DNA of 64,000 bases from Candidatus Latescibacterota bacterium (GTDB taxonomy: Bacteria > Latescibacterota > UBA2968 > UBA8231). A program made the translations under genes and the position numbers. A model generated the notes under the pieces. The model did not search any database. It worked only from the letters and a program-made list of their open reading frames with translations, and had not been told where the DNA came from. This document shows positions 59,044-64,000 of the stretch, one piece after another; positions within the stretch are counted from its first letter, which is position 1, and each line of letters opens with the position of its first letter. The stretch spans positions 4,992,001 through 5,056,000 of the forward strand of contig OZ244561.1 in assembly GCA_965217585.1 (NCBI GenBank). Reading direction: 5' to 3'.

Positions 59044-59967
59044 ATGGCTCATCACGAATTCACCCCCACCCACTACCACACAACCATCGGCTGGCACGAG
59101 CCCGTGCTGGCCATTGCCCCCGGCGATACGGTTTCTACTACGACAGTTGACGCCCGCGGCCAGGACCAGCACGGCGAGCGGGTCACTGAGCGCGGCAACC
59201 CGATGACTGGTCCTTTCTACATAGAGGGAGCCGAGCCGGGCGATACGCTAGTCGTCCACTTCGACAAGCTCTATCCCAACCGCGACTGGGGCTGGACGGC
59301 CAAGGAAATCGCGCCCAACGTGCTGGACCCGGGTTTTACAACCGGAATTGAGCGCGACGACCAACCGCTCCGGTGGCCGATTGACCTAGCGGCGGGCTCG
59401 GCAACGCAGCCGGATGTCCTGCCGGGCTTGGTGCTGCCCCTCAACCCGATGCTGGGCTGTTTCGGGGTGGCCCCGCCGCGCGGTCAGGCCATTTCCACGG
59501 CGACCTCTTCGACCCACGGCGGCAACATGGACTACCGAGGCTTTGTCGCGGGCGTGACTGTCTATCTGCCGGTCGCGGCACCGGGGGCGCTCTTCCACCT
59601 AGGCGATGGGCACGCCGTCCAGGGTGACGGCGAGATCGTCGGTACGGGCGTGGAAATCTCTTTTGACGCGACGTTTAGGGTAGATGTGATCAAAGGCAAG
59701 GGGATCGGCTGGCCCCGCGCTGAAAACGCCACGCATATTCTCGCGGCTGGCAATGCGCGTCCCTTGGACCAATGCGTGCAGCACGCCACCAGTGAGCTGG
59801 TCAACTGGCTTACCGAGGACTATGAGCTGACCGAATTGAGCGCCCACGCGCTCTTGGGGCAGTGCGTGGAATACGATATGGGGAACGTGTACGATCCGGC
59901 GTACACCATGGTTTGCAAGGTCGCCAAGTCGCTGCTCGCGGCTATGGGAGCCGAGCGCGCCTCATAG
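59044..59967 (+). CDS. Acetamidase/formamidase family protein
   Basis: NPMTGPFYIEGAEPGD, HGGNMD, GDGHAVQGDGE..GTGVE. Confidence 0.92.
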   Translation: MAHHEFTPTHYHTTIGWHEPVLAIAPGDTVSTTTVDARGQDQHGERVTERGNPMTGPFYIEGAEPGDTLVVHFDKLYPNRDWGWTAKEIAPNVLDPGFTTGIERDDQPLRWPIDLAAGSATQPDVLPGLVLPLNPMLGCFGVAPPRGQAISTATSSTHGGNMDYRGFVAGVTVYLPVAAPGALFHLGDGHAVQGDGEIVGTGVEISFDATFRVDVIKGKGIGWPRAENATHILAAGNARPLDQCVQHATSELVNWLTEDYELTELSAHALLGQCVEYDMGNVYDPAYTMVCKVAKSLLAAMGAERAS

Positions 59968-61458
59968 ATCGGCGATGGAGTCGAGGCCCTCGGGCTGAGG
60001 TAGGACATAGCGGACGGGTTGGATGGTGCCGTCGCGGCGGCGCGCCTGTTCGACCCGTTTGCACTTGATGACGGAGTGCTCGATGAGCAGGTCGTCGTCG
60101 ATTTGGCAGCCGTAGAGGTAGCTGGTGCCCTTGATGGTTACGCGCTCGCCCACGCGCATGGGGTGTTCGTCGCTGCCGGTCAGGAGTACGCCAGACTCGA
60201 TGCGGCTGTGCGCGCCAATCCGCAGGTTCCCCTTGATGATGTTGCGGCTGAGTACTTCGACCTCGTCGTCCAAGAAGAGGGTCTGCCCTGGGTAGGTACT
60301 CAGCTCGACGCCGACGCCAATTTGTACCCCCTCGCCTAGCACCACGTGGCCACTCAGATGGCTGCGGTCACCGATGGTAACTCGACGGTTGAGTTGGACC
60401 TCGGGGCCGATGTAGGTGCCCTTGCCGATGACGATGTCCAAGGGGCCGCACTCCGCGTCCATGTTGAGGATCTGCTCGATGACCTCGTCGGCGATGAAGA
60501 AGTCTTCCTCGTCGGCGATGGTGATGGTGTCCTTGAGTTTGTCGTAGGCCCAGCGGCGGGCTATGGCCTGCATCTGACGCCAGACGCTTTTGACGTTGAA
60601 GGCGAGGAGTTCTTCTTCGCTGTCGGCCGTGGCTGCTCGCACCACGAGCTGGTGCTGATTGAAGATTTGCACTAAGTCGGTCAGCAGTAACTCGCCTTGG
60701 GCATTGTCGGTGTCGAGATGCTGGATGTACGTCCGCAGCGCGCTTTCTCTGAAGGCGAAGACGCCGGTGTTGATCTCGCGCGTTTCCAACAGCTCTTGGC
60801 GCGTGAAGGTGTAGGTGCGGCCATTGTAAGCGGCTTCGTAGGGCGTTGCTGCGTCGAGGCTGAGAATGTCCTTGTGCTCCCTGATCTCAATGACCTTGTC
60901 GCGGTCTGCGCCCGCTGGCTGCCCCTCGGCGTCGGTGGCTGGCACGCGCACGATGCGGCCATAGGAGTTGGTCTCGGCCGGGCCGCTGTACAGGCCGGTG
61001 AGCACCATCATGTCGCAGTCGGCGTTGTCAAAGCTGGCGCGGAAGTGGGCAACGACCTGCCCGGTCAACAAGCCCATGTCCCCTAAAAATATGTACACGT
61101 CGCGATCAGTAGCCATCGCGGGGAAGGCTTGGAGGCCGACGCGCACGGCGTCGCCGGTTCCGGCCGGCCGGCCGAGGACCGGGTTTTCTTGGTACGCGAA
61201 AAGACGCCCCGGTTGGGGGCCGGCCGCGCGGGCGACTTCCGCGCCCTTGATGCCCACGACGATGACTTGATTGGGGCTGTCGAGGCCCTCTTGCACGGCG
61301 CGGGCCACGCGCACGGCTGTCGGCTGGCCCCAAATTTCGTGCAGCATCTTGGAGGTCTCCGAGCGGATGCGCTTGCCGTGACCGGCCGCCAAAACGATGC
61401 CGATGCGGTGGATGTCGTCTAGGATTGGTGAATTAATCTCCGCAAGTAGGTCGTGCAT
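59962..61458 (-). CDS. GlmU-like NTP-transferase with a short hexapeptide (LbH) region
   Basis: LAAGHGKRI.S..SKMLH, GTGDAV, YGRIVR, EINTG, NAQGE..LTD; acetyltransferase motifs not seen. Confidence 0.8.
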   Translation of the reverse strand: MHDLLAEINSPILDDIHRIGIVLAAGHGKRIRSETSKMLHEIWGQPTAVRVARAVQEGLDSPNQVIVVGIKGAEVARAAGPQPGRLFAYQENPVLGRPAGTGDAVRVGLQAFPAMATDRDVYIFLGDMGLLTGQVVAHFRASFDNADCDMMVLTGLYSGPAETNSYGRIVRVPATDAEGQPAGADRDKVIEIREHKDILSLDAATPYEAAYNGRTYTFTRQELLETREINTGVFAFRESALRTYIQHLDTDNAQGELLLTDLVQIFNQHQLVVRAATADSEEELLAFNVKSVWRQMQAIARRWAYDKLKDTITIADEEDFFIADEVIEQILNMDAECGPLDIVIGKGTYIGPEVQLNRRVTIGDRSHLSGHVVLGEGVQIGVGVELSTYPGQTLFLDDEVEVLSRNIIKGNLRIGAHSRIESGVLLTGSDEHPMRVGERVTIKGTSYLYGCQIDDDLLIEHSVIKCKRVEQARRRDGTIQPVRYVLPQPEGLDSIADL

Positions 61459-61483
61459 CGGGTCTCTTTCTTTTGATTCTCTA

Positions 61484-61513
61484 GGTAGGGGCGACCGGCC
61501 GGTCGCCCCTACC
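61484..61513. repeat. Perfect 30-bp palindrome GGTAGGGGCGACCGGCCGGTCGCCCCTACC (GTAG-type REP)
   Basis: Intergenic between ppk1 and the glmU-like gene; GTAG foot typical of RAYT-associated REPs. Confidence 0.8.
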
Positions 61514-61546
61514 TTAACGCAACGGTTGTGCATCGGGTTCCTTCGT

Positions 61547-63649
61547 CTAACTCTCTAGCGCGTCTATGTCCTCGCCGAGGGCCGTGCGCATAAGTAGCTC
61601 CTGCATGCTGTGGCCTGGGGTGCCGCATTCGGGTTGGCGGCGGATGTACGTGCCGTCTGGGCGCATCTGCCGAGATTTGGCGCGGTCGGCGAGCGCGAGC
61701 GCGAGCAACTCGCGATAGATGCGCTGTTTCAGGTCCTGGTCCAAGATGGGGAAGACGACTTCGACCCGGCCGCGCAGGTTGCGATTCATCCAGTCCGCGC
61801 TGCCGAGCCAGACTTCCTCGTCGCCGCCGTTGGCAAAGTAAAAGACCCGGCTGTGCTCTAAGAAGCGGCCAATGATGCTGTACACGCGGATATTCTCGCT
61901 GATGTCGTCGAGGCCGGCGCGCAAGCAGCAGATGCCGCGCACGATCAGATCGATCTCGACGCCAGCTTGCGAGGCTTGGAAGAGTGCCCGGATGATCGCC
62001 GGGTCCATGAGGCCGTTCATCTTGGCGATGATGGCGGCTGGCCGGCCGGCGCGGGCATGTTGGCTCTCGCGCTCGATGCGGTCGAGCATGCCCTGCATCA
62101 GCCCGGCGGGGGCGACTAACAGTTTTTCGAATTGGCTGGCGCGGTTGTGGGCCGTGAGCAGGTTGAAGACCTCGGCCACCTCTGCGGTGATCGTCGGCTC
62201 CGCGGTAATCAGCCCCAGATCCGTGTAGAGCCGAGCGGTGGTATGGTTGTAATTGCCGGTGCCCAAGTGGGCGTAGCGGCGCAGGCGATCTTGGTCGCGG
62301 CGCACCAGCATGGAGAGCTTGCAATGGGTCTTCAGGCCCATGATGCCATAGATCACGTGGATGCCGCTGTCTTCGAGGCGCTTGGCCCACTCGATGTTGG
62401 CCGCTTCGTCGCCGCGGGCCTTTAGCTCGACGAGCACGGTCACTTCTTTGCGGCGCTCGACCGCGTCGATCAGCGCCTGCCCCACTTCTGAATCGTCGCC
62501 CGTGCGGTAGATGGTCTGTTTGATAGCCAACACTTTGGGGTCGTTGGCCGCCATGCTAATGAAGTCGGTAACCGTGGAAAACGACTCGTAGGGGTGGTGC
62601 AGGAGGATGTCGCTGGCGCGGATGGAGGCGAAGAAAGCCTCTGGTTCTTGGGGTAGGTCGCGCTCGACCGGCGCGAAGGGAGTGTCTTTGAGCGCGGGGC
62701 GCGGGACGAGGTCGTACAGGGCCATGACTCGGTGGAGATTGACCGGCCCGGCCGCCCTAAACACGAGGCTGTCGTCGAGGTCGAACTCTTGTTGCAAAAG
62801 CGATACTAACCGGTCGGGCGTACCCGCGGCGATTTCCAGCCGCACCGCATCGGCTTGACGCTGTTTGGTGACCTGCTCGGCAATTTCTTCCAGCAGGTTG
62901 TCGGCGTCCTCCTCGTTGACGTACAGCTCGCTGTTGCGGGTGATGCGGAACGGGGCCGAGCCGAGGACCTCGTAGCCGCGGAACAGTTCTCTGACCTCTA
63001 GGTCCATGATCCCGGCCAAGGTTACAAAGTGGCGACCGTCGCCTTGGCCTTGGTCGGGCAGACGCAGGATGCGCGGCAATACTCGCGGCACGGTCGCCAC
63101 GCCCATCATCGACTGGCCCTGTCCTTCGAGCAGGGCACCGATGCACAGGGCCTTGTTGAGTACGCGGGGGAAAGGATGGGCCGGATCGACGACGATAGGC
63201 GTGAGGATCGGTTCGAGCTCTTCTTCCCAGTATTGATGTACGAAGTCGAGGTGCTCGCCTTTGAGCTGGCGCGCCTCCCACAGGTGGATGCCCTCGGCGG
63301 CTAGGGCCGGAATGAGATCCTCGTTCCAGCAGCGATACTGTTCGGCGACCTGCTCGTGGGCTTGTTGGGCGATGCGCTCGAGCTGTTCGGCGGGGGTCAG
63401 GCCGTCGGGGCGACTGGGGTTGGCACCCGACTCGTGCAATTGCAGCAAGCCGGCGACCCGGATTTCGTAGAACTCGTCGAGATTGCTGGCGACGATGGCC
63501 ATGAACTTGACGCGCTCTAACAGGGGGTTGCGCTCGTCTTGGGCTTCTTCGAGTACGCGGGCGTTAAAGTCGAGCCACGAGAGTTCGCGATTGATATAGA
63601 GCGAGGGATGGTCGAGCGCGAGTTCGGATTGTGCGTTGGGTTCTCCCAT
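61547..63649 (-). CDS. ppk1: Polyphosphate kinase 1
   Basis: YINRELSWLDFNARVL, SNLDEF, HHPYESF, KTHCK, HLGTGNYN, RFLEHSR, GSADWM.RNL. Confidence 0.96.
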   Translation of the reverse strand: MGEPNAQSELALDHPSLYINRELSWLDFNARVLEEAQDERNPLLERVKFMAIVASNLDEFYEIRVAGLLQLHESGANPSRPDGLTPAEQLERIAQQAHEQVAEQYRCWNEDLIPALAAEGIHLWEARQLKGEHLDFVHQYWEEELEPILTPIVVDPAHPFPRVLNKALCIGALLEGQGQSMMGVATVPRVLPRILRLPDQGQGDGRHFVTLAGIMDLEVRELFRGYEVLGSAPFRITRNSELYVNEEDADNLLEEIAEQVTKQRQADAVRLEIAAGTPDRLVSLLQQEFDLDDSLVFRAAGPVNLHRVMALYDLVPRPALKDTPFAPVERDLPQEPEAFFASIRASDILLHHPYESFSTVTDFISMAANDPKVLAIKQTIYRTGDDSEVGQALIDAVERRKEVTVLVELKARGDEAANIEWAKRLEDSGIHVIYGIMGLKTHCKLSMLVRRDQDRLRRYAHLGTGNYNHTTARLYTDLGLITAEPTITAEVAEVFNLLTAHNRASQFEKLLVAPAGLMQGMLDRIERESQHARAGRPAAIIAKMNGLMDPAIIRALFQASQAGVEIDLIVRGICCLRAGLDDISENIRVYSIIGRFLEHSRVFYFANGGDEEVWLGSADWMNRNLRGRVEVVFPILDQDLKQRIYRELLALALADRAKSRQMRPDGTYIRRQPECGTPGHSMQELLMRTALGEDIDALES

Positions 63650-63678
63650 CTGGTCTTTACTCTGCATGAATGAGGGTG

Positions 63679-64000
63679 CTAGTCGAGCGCGGCAATGGTT
63701 GCCCGCACGAATCCCACCGACTCTTTGAGTGCTTCCCGGCGCTCGCCTTCGATGCCGCACTCGTAGGCCAAATACCCGCTAAAGCCGATGTCCTTGAGGG
63801 CCTGTAAGCCGGCGTGCCAATCGATATCGCCGGTGCCCGGCTGCATGCGCGTGTTGTCTGCCATGTGGACGTGGGCGACGTGGCGGCCCGCTTGGCGGAA
63901 GGCGGCGGGGGTGTCGGTCTCTTCGATGTGCATGTGGAAGAAGTCGCTGAGCAGGGCCACGCCTTGCGGGCTGCCGGCGCGTTCGATGATTTCGACGCCG
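63679..64000 (-). CDS. Sugar phosphate isomerase/epimerase, 5' end outside the window
   Basis: DFFHMHIEE, HVHMADNTR..PGTG.ID, GFSGYLAYEC. Confidence 0.85.
   Translation of the reverse strand, partial: GVEIIERAGSPQGVALLSDFFHMHIEETDTPAAFRQAGRHVAHVHMADNTRMQPGTGDIDWHAGLQALKDIGFSGYLAYECGIEGERREALKESVGFVRATIAALD

Noticed and set aside
318-63470. Many long overlapping or antisense ORFs in the track (e.g. 318-1097, 24201-25067, 51231-51929, 61509-62390)
   Set aside because: Shadow frames of GC-rich genes, Arg/Pro/Ala-rich and without motifs

Overview
GC-rich bacterial chromosomal window. Its gene content (two PhyH dioxygenases, an ankyrin protein, a WD40 protein with a PNPFN/FlgD-Ig tail, alpha-2-macroglobulin plus PBP1C) suggests, by inference only, an FCB-group organism of the Latescibacterota/Gemmatimonadota/Poribacteria type, possibly a sponge symbiont. 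Housekeeping genes (dcd, purH-like, dapA, dapB, glmU-like, ppk1) alternate with two defence islands. Island 1 (3.5-13.1 kb) is a type I R-M operon with an AbiE toxin-antitoxin pair and a Fic gene nested inside it. Island 2 (42.4-53.0 kb) is one co-oriented run: two ABC-ATPase + TOPRIM-like pairs, a string of orphan antitoxins with only stubs of PIN toxins, a membrane pentapeptide-repeat protein coupled to Mod, and a type III-like Mod/Res. Also present are two HicAB modules with palindromic operators, an IS701-like remnant, and an outer-membrane barrel with a kinase-like domain next to a DUF4956-like gene. Two loci carry duplicated gene pieces that differ mainly at synonymous sites, suggesting integration of alleles from relatives. 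No rRNA, tRNA, CRISPR array, integrase or reverse transcriptase was seen. All family calls come from motif recognition by eye, not database searches.
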